Positions 40,640-49,471 of a stretch of 64,000 nucleotides of DNA are shown here, piece by piece (the stretch's first letter is position 1; every line of letters starts with the position of its first letter). The stretch is from Gemmatimonadota bacterium. Lineage in GTDB: Bacteria; Gemmatimonadota; Gemmatimonadetes; Gemmatimonadales; GWC2-71-9. Under the pieces are notes generated by a model that worked only from the letters and a program-made list of their open reading frames with translations, had not been told where the DNA came from and did no database searches. The DNA is taken from assembly GCA_029863245.1 (NCBI GenBank), contig JAOTVV010000002.1, positions 192,242 to 256,241 on the forward strand, read 5' to 3'. Made by a program: the position numbers and the translations under genes.

Positions 40640-41581
40640 GTGACCCCCAAGCCGCTCGACCCCGCGGAGCAGGCTCTCATCGCCCGGATCAACGACGGGC
40701 TCATGATCGAGACCGTAGCAGACATGACCCCGGGATACAAGAAGGCGCTCCTGACGCAGCTGACCGTTCAGGGCGATACGGAGCTGATGAGCGCCCCCGC
40801 CTACTACTTAGCGGCCAGGGATGCCCCCACCATCAACAGCCGGATCGCGGTCACGGCCATCGTGCATGATGAGTTGGGCCACGCGAACATCGCCTATCGC
40901 ATCATGGAAGATCTGGGCGCCGACAAGCGTCAGCTCGTGTACGGTCGACAGCCCCACGAGTTCAAGCACCCGTACGGATTCGACCAACCACTGGAGAACT
41001 GGGCGGAGATGGTCGTAGCCAATGGCTTCTTCGACCGGGCGGGGATCACGCTCCTCTCCGACGTGCACCAAAACACGAGCTACGGCCCACTCAAACGCGC
41101 CCTCGTGAAGGTGGATCGTGAGGAGGTGCTGCACCTTCGCCACGGCGAGTCGTGGATGAAGAGGCTGGCCAAAGCCGGCGGCGAGGCACGAGACGCCCTG
41201 CAACGCACCGTGGATTGGATGTTCCCGATGACGCTCGAGTGGTTTGGCCTCCCCGACGATCTCAAGCGCCACAGCGGGCAGCTGGCGTATCGTCTCAAGG
41301 GTCTCACCAACGATCAGCTGCGGCAGACCTGGATGGCGGCCACGGTGCCATTGTGCGAGGGGATTGGTGTCGAGGTCCCGGCACACTTCGATGAGGCGAC
41401 CGACGCGTACGTCATCGACTTCCCCTTCCCCTGCCAGTACGACCCGAACGCCAAGCGCTGGCTGTTCGACGAGCCGCTCACGTGGGATCAGGTGTTCGAC
41501 CGCTGGAAGGCCCGTGGCCCGATGAACGAGCGCTATGTCGAGATGATCCAAGGCACCTTTGGGAGCGTCGTTGCCAACTGA
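40640..41581 (+). CDS. paaA: 1,2-phenylacetyl-CoA epoxidase subunit A-like di-iron oxygenase
   Basis: 313 aa, GTG start. Ferritin-like E..H motifs (HDELGHANIAY; DREEVLHLRHGESW). Followed by paaB/paaC/paaD homologues. Confidence 0.8.
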   Translation: MTPKPLDPAEQALIARINDGLMIETVADMTPGYKKALLTQLTVQGDTELMSAPAYYLAARDAPTINSRIAVTAIVHDELGHANIAYRIMEDLGADKRQLVYGRQPHEFKHPYGFDQPLENWAEMVVANGFFDRAGITLLSDVHQNTSYGPLKRALVKVDREEVLHLRHGESWMKRLAKAGGEARDALQRTVDWMFPMTLEWFGLPDDLKRHSGQLAYRLKGLTNDQLRQTWMAATVPLCEGIGVEVPAHFDEATDAYVIDFPFPCQYDPNAKRWLFDEPLTWDQVFDRWKARGPMNERYVEMIQGTFGSVVAN

Positions 41582-41882
41582 TCGACAGGTCTGGGATGCG
41601 CTCGGCGGAGTGACGGATCCGGAGTTCCCGCTGAGCATCGTCGATCTGGGCATGGTGTACGGGGTGCAGGTCGAGGCCACCCGGACCCGGGTGACCATGA
41701 CCTTCACCTCGATCGGATGCCCGGCCATTGACATGCTGGTTGCCGATGTGCGAGAGGCCGTCGGAGCGCTGCCGGGCGTCGATGAGGTCGACGTAGAAAT
41801 CGTCTGGGATCCACCGTGGACCCGAGACCGGATCAGCGACCGCGGGCGGCGGGTGCTGGCCATGTACGGCGTCGTCGGATGA
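41559..41882 (+). CDS. paaD: DUF59/MIP18-family protein = N-terminal domain of PaaD
   Basis: 107 aa: V.DPEFPLSIVDLGMVY.V......V.MTFTS.GCPA...L. Stops before the Zn-ribbon that full-length PaaD carries. Start (TTG at 41559 or 41571) is uncertain. Confidence 0.7.
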   Translation: MGASLPTDRQVWDALGGVTDPEFPLSIVDLGMVYGVQVEATRTRVTMTFTSIGCPAIDMLVADVREAVGALPGVDEVDVEIVWDPPWTRDRISDRGRRVLAMYGVVG

Positions 41883-41895
41883 GCGGAGGAGATGC

Positions 41896-42111
41896 ATGAG
41901 CTCAGGAAGGGTGTATGAGGTGTTTGCGCGAAAGAACCACGATGAGGAGCTGAAGCACGTCGGGAGCGTCAACGCCACCGACGACGACCTCGCCAAAGCA
42001 TACGCGTGGACCCTCTACGACGAGGAGCGCTGGGTCGAGATGTGTGTCGTGCCGCGAAGCGCCATCGTATCGATCACGAACGAGGGACCGCTCCCCGTAT
42101 GGGGGAACTAG
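41896..42111 (+). CDS. paaB: 1,2-phenylacetyl-CoA epoxidase subunit B
   Basis: 71 aa. VYEVFARKNHDEELKHVGSVNA...A...A...Y.ER.W.EM.VVP...I is PaaB-like. Confidence 0.8.
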   Translation: MSSGRVYEVFARKNHDEELKHVGSVNATDDDLAKAYAWTLYDEERWVEMCVVPRSAIVSITNEGPLPVWGN

Positions 42112-42165
42112 GGTGAACGACGGTCAGGCGACATCCCAGAGGCGAACGAGGATTCACGAGAGCAC

Positions 42166-42987
42166 ATGAGCATCGCGACGACACCCGCATTCGAGTCCAC
42201 CGAGGGCATGAGCGAGCCCTGCGCGCGGGGTCTCCGCCAGATCCTGCTGGCCTGCGCCGACACCAAACTCCTGCTTGGCTACCACTACGGTGAGTGGACC
42301 TTCGGGACGCCCGAACTGGAAGCGGCCGTGGCCAGTTGCTCGCTGGCGCAAGGGGAATTGGGCCACGTGCGGTTGCTGCACGCCCTGTTGAGCAAGCATT
42401 TCGGCGACGATCCCGACGCGCTCATGGACAAACGAGCGGCCACGGACTTCGCCAACGTCGGCTTTCTGGATCGGACCGTGGTCGACTGGGCCGGGTTCGT
42501 GGCGATGAACTACGTGGTGGACCTCGCGGTCACGCGGGTGCTCCACTCTATGCAGGGCTCCACGTTCAAGCCGATCCACATGAGCGTCGACAAGATGCTC
42601 GACGAGGAGCGCTACCACCTGCATCATGGACGCGGCTGGTTCCGCACGCTGGCGACACGAGGTGGTGAGACGAAGACTGCCCTGGAGCGTCAGGCAGAAC
42701 TGGCCCTACGGTCGGTCGCGGAGTGGCTCGGACCGGCCGACGACCACGACGATCGCGCCCTGGTGTCGGCGGGGGTGAAGCGCGCCGACAATCAGACCAT
42801 CTACCGCGCGCTGTGTGACGACGTCGAGCGCCTGGCTGCGGCAGTGGGAACTCGGGTGCAGGCCCCTGCCCCGACCAATTTCTCGGGATGGACTTCGGCA
42901 AACCGGCGCATTGGCGGCGGCGGTCCGGACGAGGAGATTCTCTTCCACCTACGCGGCACCAAGAACGAGGTATTCAAGCTGAACTGA
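42166..42987 (+). CDS. paaC: 1,2-phenylacetyl-CoA epoxidase subunit C-like protein
   Basis: 273 aa. ADTKLLLGYHYGEWTFG.PELE..VA..SLAQ.ELGH.RLL is the PaaC pattern. Confidence 0.75.
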   Translation: MSIATTPAFESTEGMSEPCARGLRQILLACADTKLLLGYHYGEWTFGTPELEAAVASCSLAQGELGHVRLLHALLSKHFGDDPDALMDKRAATDFANVGFLDRTVVDWAGFVAMNYVVDLAVTRVLHSMQGSTFKPIHMSVDKMLDEERYHLHHGRGWFRTLATRGGETKTALERQAELALRSVAEWLGPADDHDDRALVSAGVKRADNQTIYRALCDDVERLAAAVGTRVQAPAPTNFSGWTSANRRIGGGGPDEEILFHLRGTKNEVFKLN

Positions 42988-43172
42988 TGGCCGAGCCCCT
43001 AGTGCCCTGCCCATTCTGCAGATCCACCGAGACCGAGAAGCGATCGGATTTCGGGACGTCCCTCATGGTACGGCTCCATTACTGCCGGGATTGCCACTCC
43101 CATTTCGAGGCCATCAAGTGGGGTGACCGTGCGGCGAAGCTCGATCTGCCGCAGTTCCTCGAGGAGCGGTGA
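42987..43172 (+). CDS. stand-alone PaaD-type zinc-ribbon protein
   Basis: Last 61 aa of ORF 42888..43172, from the ATG at 42987 overlapping the paaC stop (TGATG). VPCPFCRSTETEKRSDFGTSLMVRLHYCRDCHSHFEAIKW resembles the C-terminal CPxC...SEFGST...YxCxxCxxPFxxFK ribbon of PaaD (from memory). Confidence 0.6.
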   Translation: MAEPLVPCPFCRSTETEKRSDFGTSLMVRLHYCRDCHSHFEAIKWGDRAAKLDLPQFLEER

Positions 43173-43248
43173 CGGCACCCACCCACTTGGCGGCCCCGAG
43201 ACGAACCCTGCACCGTCAGCACCTTTCATTCACGGAGGACCGACACCG

Positions 43249-44058
43249 ATGACCGATTGGGCAGCCCCGACCAAGAAGACGCTTGTGGAGTATCGAGTGG
43301 AGGACGGGATCGCCATCCTGACCCTCAACGATCCCCCAGCGAATACCTACACGTACAACATGATGCAGCAGCTGGACCGGGCCATTGTCACGGCGCGCAT
43401 GGACGATGACGCCCACGTGATCGTCCTCCGCGGTCAGGGCGAGAAGTTCTTCTCCGCCGGGGCCAACATCCAGATGCTGAACGAGGTCACTCCCCGGTTC
43501 AAATACTTCTTCTGTCTCCACGCCAACGAGACACTCAATCGTTTGGAGCACACCCCGAAGCTGGTGATCGGGGCTCTCAACGGCCACACCGTGGGCGGTG
43601 GTCTCGAGATCGCCCTCGCGTGCGACATCCGCGTTGCCGCCAAAGATGCCGGAAAGATCGGCTTGCCCGAAGTGAACCTGGGCGTTTTGCCCGGGACCGG
43701 TGGCACCCAGCGTCTATCTCGCATCCTCGGCAAGTCGCAGTCGATTGAGATGATGGCGACGGGAACCCTCTTTTCGTTCGAAGAGGCCAAGCAGTGGGGC
43801 CTCGTGAACCGGATCTTTCCCAAAGCGACGTTCTGGGATGAGTTCATGAAGTACGCGCGCCAGTTCGTGCCGCCCAACAAGGCCGCGAAGGCCGTCGGCG
43901 CTATCAAGCGCGCGGTCTGCTCCGGGTGCGAGGTCCCCTTCGAGAGCGGTCTGGCCATCGAGCGCGAGTTGCAGCAGCAGCTCTTCCAGAGTCAGGACGC
44001 CAAAGAGGGGCTCGCCGCGTACGTCGAGAAGCGTACCCCCAACTTCACGGGCGCGTAG
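43249..44058 (+). CDS. enoyl-CoA hydratase/isomerase family protein (crotonase 1)
   Basis: ORF 43123..44058 trimmed to the ATG at 43249 (GGAGGA upstream). ILTLNDPPAN...FFSAGANI...NGHTVGGGLEIALACDIRV. Confidence 0.88.
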   Translation: MTDWAAPTKKTLVEYRVEDGIAILTLNDPPANTYTYNMMQQLDRAIVTARMDDDAHVIVLRGQGEKFFSAGANIQMLNEVTPRFKYFFCLHANETLNRLEHTPKLVIGALNGHTVGGGLEIALACDIRVAAKDAGKIGLPEVNLGVLPGTGGTQRLSRILGKSQSIEMMATGTLFSFEEAKQWGLVNRIFPKATFWDEFMKYARQFVPPNKAAKAVGAIKRAVCSGCEVPFESGLAIERELQQQLFQSQDAKEGLAAYVEKRTPNFTGA

Positions 44059-45492
44059 GTGCAGACGCGACTGTTCATCGGGAACGAATGGCGGGAGGCC
44101 ACCTCGGGCGCGACGCTCGAGGTGGTCAATCCGGCCACCGAGGAGCTCCTCGCTACGGTCCACGCCGCCGGTGAAGCCGACGTGGATGCCGCGGTCACGG
44201 CGGCGCGCGCCTGCTTCGAGTCGGATCCTTGGCGAGCCTTCTCGGGCCGTAAACGCGGCGCCTTGCTCCACCGCGCAGCCCAGCTTCTTCACGAGCGCGG
44301 CGACGAGCTGGCCGAGATGGAGACACGGCAGAACGGCAAGCCGCTGTTCGAGTCAAAGATCGATGTGGCGTCCACGGTGGAGACACTGACCTACTACGCG
44401 GGGTGGGCCGACAAGCTGGCCGGTGACGTGCTGCCTGTCGATGGGCCGGACTTCGTCTTCACCCAGCGGGAGCCGATCGGCGTGGTCGGCGCGATCGTCC
44501 CGTGGAACTTCCCGCTCAACTTGGCGAGCTGGAAGGTCGCACCCGCGCTCGCCGTGGGGTGCACGGTGGTGCTCAAACCCGCACCCGAGACGCCGCTCAC
44601 GGCGCTGGCACTCGCCGAGATTATGCTGGAAGCGGGGTTCCCCCCCGGGGCGATCAACGTGATCCCCGGGGATGGTCCCACCACCGGGGCAGCGCTGGTG
44701 CGCCATCCCGGCGTCGACAAGATCGCGTTCACGGGCTCCACCCCGGTGGGGCGGCAAGTCATGCGGGATGCTGCCGGCACGCTGAAGCGGGTGACCCTGG
44801 AGCTCGGTGGCAAGAGTCCGAACATCGTGTTTGCGGATGCCGACTTGAAGGCCGCCGTGCGCGGGGCGCAGACCGGCATCTTCTACGGCAAGGGCGAGGT
44901 GTGCGCTGCGGGGTCCCGCCTCTTGGTCGAGCGCTCGGTGCACGACCACGTCGTCGAGGAGCTCGTCGCGCGGGCAGCGAAGCTCGCCCCCGGCGACCCA
45001 TTCGACAAGGACACGCGCATCGGTGCGCTGGCGTCGAGGCGGCAATTCGACAAAGTGATGTCGTACGTCGAGGCGGGGAAACGTGAGGCGAAGCTCGTGA
45101 CCGGCGGGACGGCGACCAAGGTGAATGGCAAGGGTTATTTCGTCGAGGCGACCGTTTTCGACGACGCAGAGCCAGGAATGAAGATCGTGGAGGAAGAGAT
45201 CTTCGGTCCGGTGCTCGCCGTGTTGACGTTCGACGACGTAGACGAGGCCGTGCAGCTCGCCAACAGGACGATCTACGGATTGGCGGCAGGCGTCTGGACG
45301 AAAGACATCAAAAAGGCCTTCACCGTGGCCCGCGCCGTGCGCGCCGGCACGGTTTGGGTCAACAGCTACAACCTGTACGACTCGGCCGCCCCGTTCGGCG
45401 GATTCAAGGGAAGTGGCTTTGGCCGCGACCTGGGCCGTGAGGCGCTGGACGGCTACACGGACGTCAAGACGGTGTGGGTCGGCCTGCGGTGA
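44059..45492 (+). CDS. NAD(P)-dependent aldehyde dehydrogenase
   Basis: 477 aa, GTG start directly after the upstream TAG. VPWNFPL, FTGST.VG, ELGGKSP, EVCAAGSR (catalytic Cys), EEIFGPV. Confidence 0.93.
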   Translation: MQTRLFIGNEWREATSGATLEVVNPATEELLATVHAAGEADVDAAVTAARACFESDPWRAFSGRKRGALLHRAAQLLHERGDELAEMETRQNGKPLFESKIDVASTVETLTYYAGWADKLAGDVLPVDGPDFVFTQREPIGVVGAIVPWNFPLNLASWKVAPALAVGCTVVLKPAPETPLTALALAEIMLEAGFPPGAINVIPGDGPTTGAALVRHPGVDKIAFTGSTPVGRQVMRDAAGTLKRVTLELGGKSPNIVFADADLKAAVRGAQTGIFYGKGEVCAAGSRLLVERSVHDHVVEELVARAAKLAPGDPFDKDTRIGALASRRQFDKVMSYVEAGKREAKLVTGGTATKVNGKGYFVEATVFDDAEPGMKIVEEEIFGPVLAVLTFDDVDEAVQLANRTIYGLAAGVWTKDIKKAFTVARAVRAGTVWVNSYNLYDSAAPFGGFKGSGFGRDLGREALDGYTDVKTVWVGLR

Positions 45493-46307
45493 CCGGCCGA
45501 TCGACCGACGGGGGCGATCTCGAGAACGTCCTCGTCGAGGTGAAGAATGGCATCGGCACGATCACGCTCAATCGTCCCGAGAAGCTGAACGCGTTCGCTG
45601 GCCGCATGCGCGACGACGCTGCGTTGGCCGTGGAGCAGCTGGCCTCCGATCCCGCCGTGCGTGTCCTGGTGCTCACGGGCGCCGGGCGGGCCTTCTCGGC
45701 GGGTGCCGATGTCGCCTACATGCGCGACCTCCTCGCCAACGACGACACCGACGGCTTCACCGCCCTCGTGGAGTCCGGCAGAGCAGTCGTGACCCGGATC
45801 CGCGCCACGCCCAAACCCGTGATCGCCAGCGTCAACGGTCCCGCGGCAGGAGGAGGTGCAAACCTCGCTCTGGCCTGCGACATCCGGGTCGCCTCGGATC
45901 GAGCGTCCATCGGACAGACCTTCAATCGCATCGGCCTTCATCCCGATTGGGGCGGGACCTATTTCCTGCCGCGACTGGTAGGGCAATCCAAGGCATTGGA
46001 ACTCATCTTCACGGGGGAGATGGTGGGGGCGACCGAGGCCTTGCGTATCGGACTGTTCGATCGTGTGGTCCCTCACGACGAGCTGGCGTCGGCCACGACG
46101 ACTCTGGCCGCGTTGCTCGCGGCCAAGCCACCGCTGGCCCTGGCCCTGGCAAAACGCGCCATCTACCAGAGCCTCGATGGAACCATGGACGAAGTGTTGG
46201 ACCGAGAACTCGCCCACCAGCTCGAATGCTTCTCGTCCGACGACACGCGCGAGGGTCTTCGCGCCTTCCTGGAGAAGCGCGAGCCCCGGTTTCGGGGAAC
46301 GCAATGA
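45489..46307 (+). CDS. enoyl-CoA hydratase/isomerase family protein (crotonase 2)
   Basis: ORF 45474..46307. The GTG at 45489 gives a GTGA overlap with the ALDH stop. ITLNRPEKLNAF...LTGAGRAFSAGADV...NGPAAGGGANLALACDIRV. Confidence 0.88.
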   Translation: MTGRSTDGGDLENVLVEVKNGIGTITLNRPEKLNAFAGRMRDDAALAVEQLASDPAVRVLVLTGAGRAFSAGADVAYMRDLLANDDTDGFTALVESGRAVVTRIRATPKPVIASVNGPAAGGGANLALACDIRVASDRASIGQTFNRIGLHPDWGGTYFLPRLVGQSKALELIFTGEMVGATEALRIGLFDRVVPHDELASATTTLAALLAAKPPLALALAKRAIYQSLDGTMDEVLDRELAHQLECFSSDDTREGLRAFLEKREPRFRGTQ

Positions 46308-46975
46308 CCTTAGTCGTCGCCCATCGGGGTGCTTCGGCGTACGAAGTCGAGAACTCGCTGTCGGCCTTTCGGTTGGCCCACGCCATGGGCGCCGAAGGGA
46401 TCGAGCTGGATGTGCACGTGACGGCCGACGGCGTCCCGATCGTTCACCACGATCCGGTGGTAGACGGTCATCCCATCTGGCACACACCCTGGCCCGCACT
46501 CGAGGAGCATACGCTCTCAAACGGGGAATCGATGCCCACCCTGGCCGAGGCGCTGGAAGCGATCGATCCGTCGCTCCAGGTGTTTGTCGAGGTGAAATCA
46601 CTGTCGCCGCGGGATGACGTGAATCTCCTCTCGGTCATCGACCGTGGTCCGGCCCCATCCCAATACCAGGTGCACGCGTTCGATCACCGCATCGTCCGTC
46701 GGCTGCGCGCGCACCGGCCCACGCTCGAGGCTGGCGTGCTGTCCGCATCCTACCCCGTCAGGCCACTGGCCGCCGCACTGGAGGCGGGCGCCGCGGTGCT
46801 CTGGCAGGAAGAGACGCTGGTCGATGGAGACCTGATCGACCTCGCGCATGCAGAGCAGATCCAGGTCTTCGCCTGGACCGTGGACGACCGTGCCCGCATG
46901 CAGGTGCTCTCGAGCCTGGGGATCGACGCGCTCTGCACCAATCGCCCGGATGTGGCTCGGGAGGTGCTCGGGTGA
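46304..46975 (+). CDS. glycerophosphodiester phosphodiesterase family protein
   Basis: Last 223 aa of track ORF 45413..46975, from the ATG at 46304 (ATGA overlap). VVAHRGAS..EVENSLSAFRLA...GAEGIELDVH.T.DG.PIV.HD. Confidence 0.85.
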   Translation: MTLVVAHRGASAYEVENSLSAFRLAHAMGAEGIELDVHVTADGVPIVHHDPVVDGHPIWHTPWPALEEHTLSNGESMPTLAEALEAIDPSLQVFVEVKSLSPRDDVNLLSVIDRGPAPSQYQVHAFDHRIVRRLRAHRPTLEAGVLSASYPVRPLAAALEAGAAVLWQEETLVDGDLIDLAHAEQIQVFAWTVDDRARMQVLSSLGIDALCTNRPDVAREVLG

Positions 46976-47832
46976 CCCGGGTGTGCGTGATCGGCGCCGG
47001 CACCATGGGCCACGGCATCGCACAGATGGCCGCACTCGCGGGCTACGACACGGCCCTCACCGACGCCCGCGCCGAGGCGCTGCCGCAGGCCAAAGAGCGT
47101 ATCGACGCAAACCTCGAAGGGGGCATTGCACGCGGCAAGCTCTCCCGCGAGGCGGCGGATGCGGCCCGACAGCACCTGGCATTCAGCGAGCACTTGCGGG
47201 ATGCCGCCGCGGGAGCCGACCTGGTCATCGAAGCCATCGTCGAAGACCTCGACGCCAAGCGGAGCCTGATCGGCGAGGTCGACACACTGGTGTCGCCGCA
47301 GTGTGTCCTTGCCACCAACACGTCGTCGCTGTCGGTCGCACGCATCGCTGCTGCGTCTTCCGCGCCCGAACGCGTGATCGGCATGCACTTCTTCAACCCC
47401 GTGCACATCATGAGACTGGTCGAGCTGGTAGTCCACGACGGCACCAGCGCGCCGACGGTGGCCATTGCGCGGACCGTCGCCGAACGTCTGGGCAAGGTGC
47501 CCATCGTGGCCAAGGATCGGCCCGGGTTTGCGTCATCACGGCTCGGTGTGGTGCTCGGGCTTGAGGCCATGCGCATGGTGGAAGAGGGGGTCGCATCACC
47601 GGAAGACATCGACACCGCCATGGAGCTTGGCTACGGACACCCGATGGGGCCGCTCAAGGTGAGTGATCTGGTGGGGCTCGACGTACGGCTCGCGATAGCG
47701 GATTATCTACACCGCGAACTCAAAGGTCCATGGTATGCTCCGCCCGACATCCTGCGACGGAAAGTCGCAGCGGGGGAGCTGGGGAAGAAATCAGGGAGGG
47801 GGTTCTACGAATGGCCGACCAAGTCGTCGTAG
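46972..47832 (+). CDS. 3-hydroxyacyl-CoA (3-hydroxybutyryl/3-hydroxyadipyl-CoA) dehydrogenase
   Basis: 286 aa, GTGA overlap. VIGAGTMGHGIAQ...EAIVEDL..K......NTSSLS...GMHFFNP......DRPGF...R. PaaH/Hbd-like. Confidence 0.93.
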   Translation: MTRVCVIGAGTMGHGIAQMAALAGYDTALTDARAEALPQAKERIDANLEGGIARGKLSREAADAARQHLAFSEHLRDAAAGADLVIEAIVEDLDAKRSLIGEVDTLVSPQCVLATNTSSLSVARIAAASSAPERVIGMHFFNPVHIMRLVELVVHDGTSAPTVAIARTVAERLGKVPIVAKDRPGFASSRLGVVLGLEAMRMVEEGVASPEDIDTAMELGYGHPMGPLKVSDLVGLDVRLAIADYLHRELKGPWYAPPDILRRKVAAGELGKKSGRGFYEWPTKSS

Positions 47833-48590
47833 TCGACATCCAAGGGCGCGTCGCGACCGTCACCATCAATCGGCCCGACAAGCTCAACGCGCTGAACGCC
47901 CAGGTTCGTCATGACTTCGTGGCGGCCCTGGAAGACCTCGCGCGGAACGAAGCGGTCCGGGTGGTCATCGTCACGGGCTCCGGTGACAAGGCGTTCGTCG
48001 CCGGAGCGGACATCAAGGAATTCGCCGGTCGCACAGGCTACGATCAGTTCCGCGTCACCAAGAGCTTCGGGATCTTCGAAGCGCCGGAACGGTGTCCCAA
48101 GCCCGTGATCGCCGCGGTCAACGGTTTTGCACTCGGCGGCGGGTGCGAGCTGGCCATGGCGTGCGACGTCCGGATCGCGTCCCACACGGCGAAGCTCGGG
48201 CAGCCCGAGATCAACCTGGGCATTCTGCCGGGCGGTGGCGGCACGCAACGGCTTCCACGCCTGGTGGGTCTCGGCACGGCCTACAAGCTCCTCTACACTG
48301 GCGAGCTGGTGGGTGCTGAGGAGGCGCTCAGGATCGGTCTGGTGGACGAGGTTGTTCCGCACGAACGCCTCATGACGCGCGTGCAGGAGCTGGCCGGACA
48401 GATGGCTGAGAAGAGCCCTGCGGCGCTCCAGTTCATCAAAGAGGCTGTGCGGGCCAGCGTCCGGATGCCGCTCGACGAGGGCGTGCGGCTCGAGACTGCG
48501 CTGTTCGGCTTGGCGTTCTCCACCCACGACAAGGAAGAGGGCGTCCACGCCTTTCTCGAAAAGCGCAAAGCCGACTTCAAGGGCACGTGA
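47811..48590 (+). CDS. enoyl-CoA hydratase (crotonase 3, short-chain type)
   Basis: ORF 47730..48590 trimmed to the ATG at 47811. ATVTINRPDKLNAL...TGSGDKAFVAGADI...NGFALGGGCELAMACDVRI. Confidence 0.9.
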   Translation: MADQVVVVDIQGRVATVTINRPDKLNALNAQVRHDFVAALEDLARNEAVRVVIVTGSGDKAFVAGADIKEFAGRTGYDQFRVTKSFGIFEAPERCPKPVIAAVNGFALGGGCELAMACDVRIASHTAKLGQPEINLGILPGGGGTQRLPRLVGLGTAYKLLYTGELVGAEEALRIGLVDEVVPHERLMTRVQELAGQMAEKSPAALQFIKEAVRASVRMPLDEGVRLETALFGLAFSTHDKEEGVHAFLEKRKADFKGT

Positions 48591-49471
48591 GCGCGGAGGC
48601 CAATGCGGTGAGTGCCACGGCGCTCCCCGGGGTGACAGACTTGCACGTCCACATCCAGCCGTGGAGCCAGCTGAAGCCCGAGGTGGCCGCCGCGATGCGG
48701 CGCGGCAAGGAAGACCACTGGGAGCGCCTGCTCTCCTTGATGGAGGACCCCACGGCACTCCTCGAGGTCCTCGACACGAGCGGCATTTGGCGTGTCGGGC
48801 TCGTCAACTATCCCAGCCAAGACCTGATGGGATTTACCGACGACACAAACCTGTTTGCGGCGCAGTACGCATCGGCGGCACCCCAACGGCTCCTTCCCTA
48901 CGGAGGCGTTCATCCGCGGTTCACGACCGACCCTGAAGGGCAGGTGGAGGAGTTGCTGCGGCTGGGGATCCGTTGCCTCAAGATCCACCCACCGCACCAA
49001 GTCTTCCCCGCCAACGCCTACACTATGGGACTCGAGGCACTGGGGAAGATCTATCGCCGGTGTGAGGAGCGGGGTCTTCCGGTCATGATCCACACCGGCA
49101 CCAGCATCTTTCCCGGTGCGCGCAGCAAGTATGGCCGGCCCATGGAACTCGACGACGTCGCGATCGATTTCCCCGATCTCACCATCCTCATGGCCCACGG
49201 CGGACGGCCATTGTGGATGGACGAGGCCTTTTTCATTCTGCGGCGGCATCGGAACGTGTATCTGGAGCTGTCGGGCATTCCGCCAAAGAAGCTCCTGGAG
49301 TACTTCCCCCGTCTCGAAGAGATCGGCGATCGGGTCGTGTGGGGTACGGATTGGCCGAGTCCCGGGGTGAACGATCTCCGGCAGAACCTCGACCAGTTCA
49401 GGGCGTTGCCGCTGCCCGCTGCGCTCAAAGACAGCATCACGCGGACCACTCCCCTCCGGCTGTTCCCGTGA
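48587..49471 (+). CDS. amidohydrolase-2 (TIM-barrel metal-dependent hydrolase/decarboxylase) family protein
   Basis: 294 aa, GTGA overlap. DLHVHIQP...IKIHPPHQ...VMIHTG...LMAHGG...WGTDWP. Confidence 0.8.
   Translation: MSAEANAVSATALPGVTDLHVHIQPWSQLKPEVAAAMRRGKEDHWERLLSLMEDPTALLEVLDTSGIWRVGLVNYPSQDLMGFTDDTNLFAAQYASAAPQRLLPYGGVHPRFTTDPEGQVEELLRLGIRCLKIHPPHQVFPANAYTMGLEALGKIYRRCEERGLPVMIHTGTSIFPGARSKYGRPMELDDVAIDFPDLTILMAHGGRPLWMDEAFFILRRHRNVYLELSGIPPKKLLEYFPRLEEIGDRVVWGTDWPSPGVNDLRQNLDQFRALPLPAALKDSITRTTPLRLFP

Noticed and set aside
45413-46975. 520-aa plus-strand ORF
   Set aside because: The first ~300 codons are an off-frame reading of the crotonase-2 gene. Only the last 223 aa (the GDPD domain, from the ATG at 46304) show homology.
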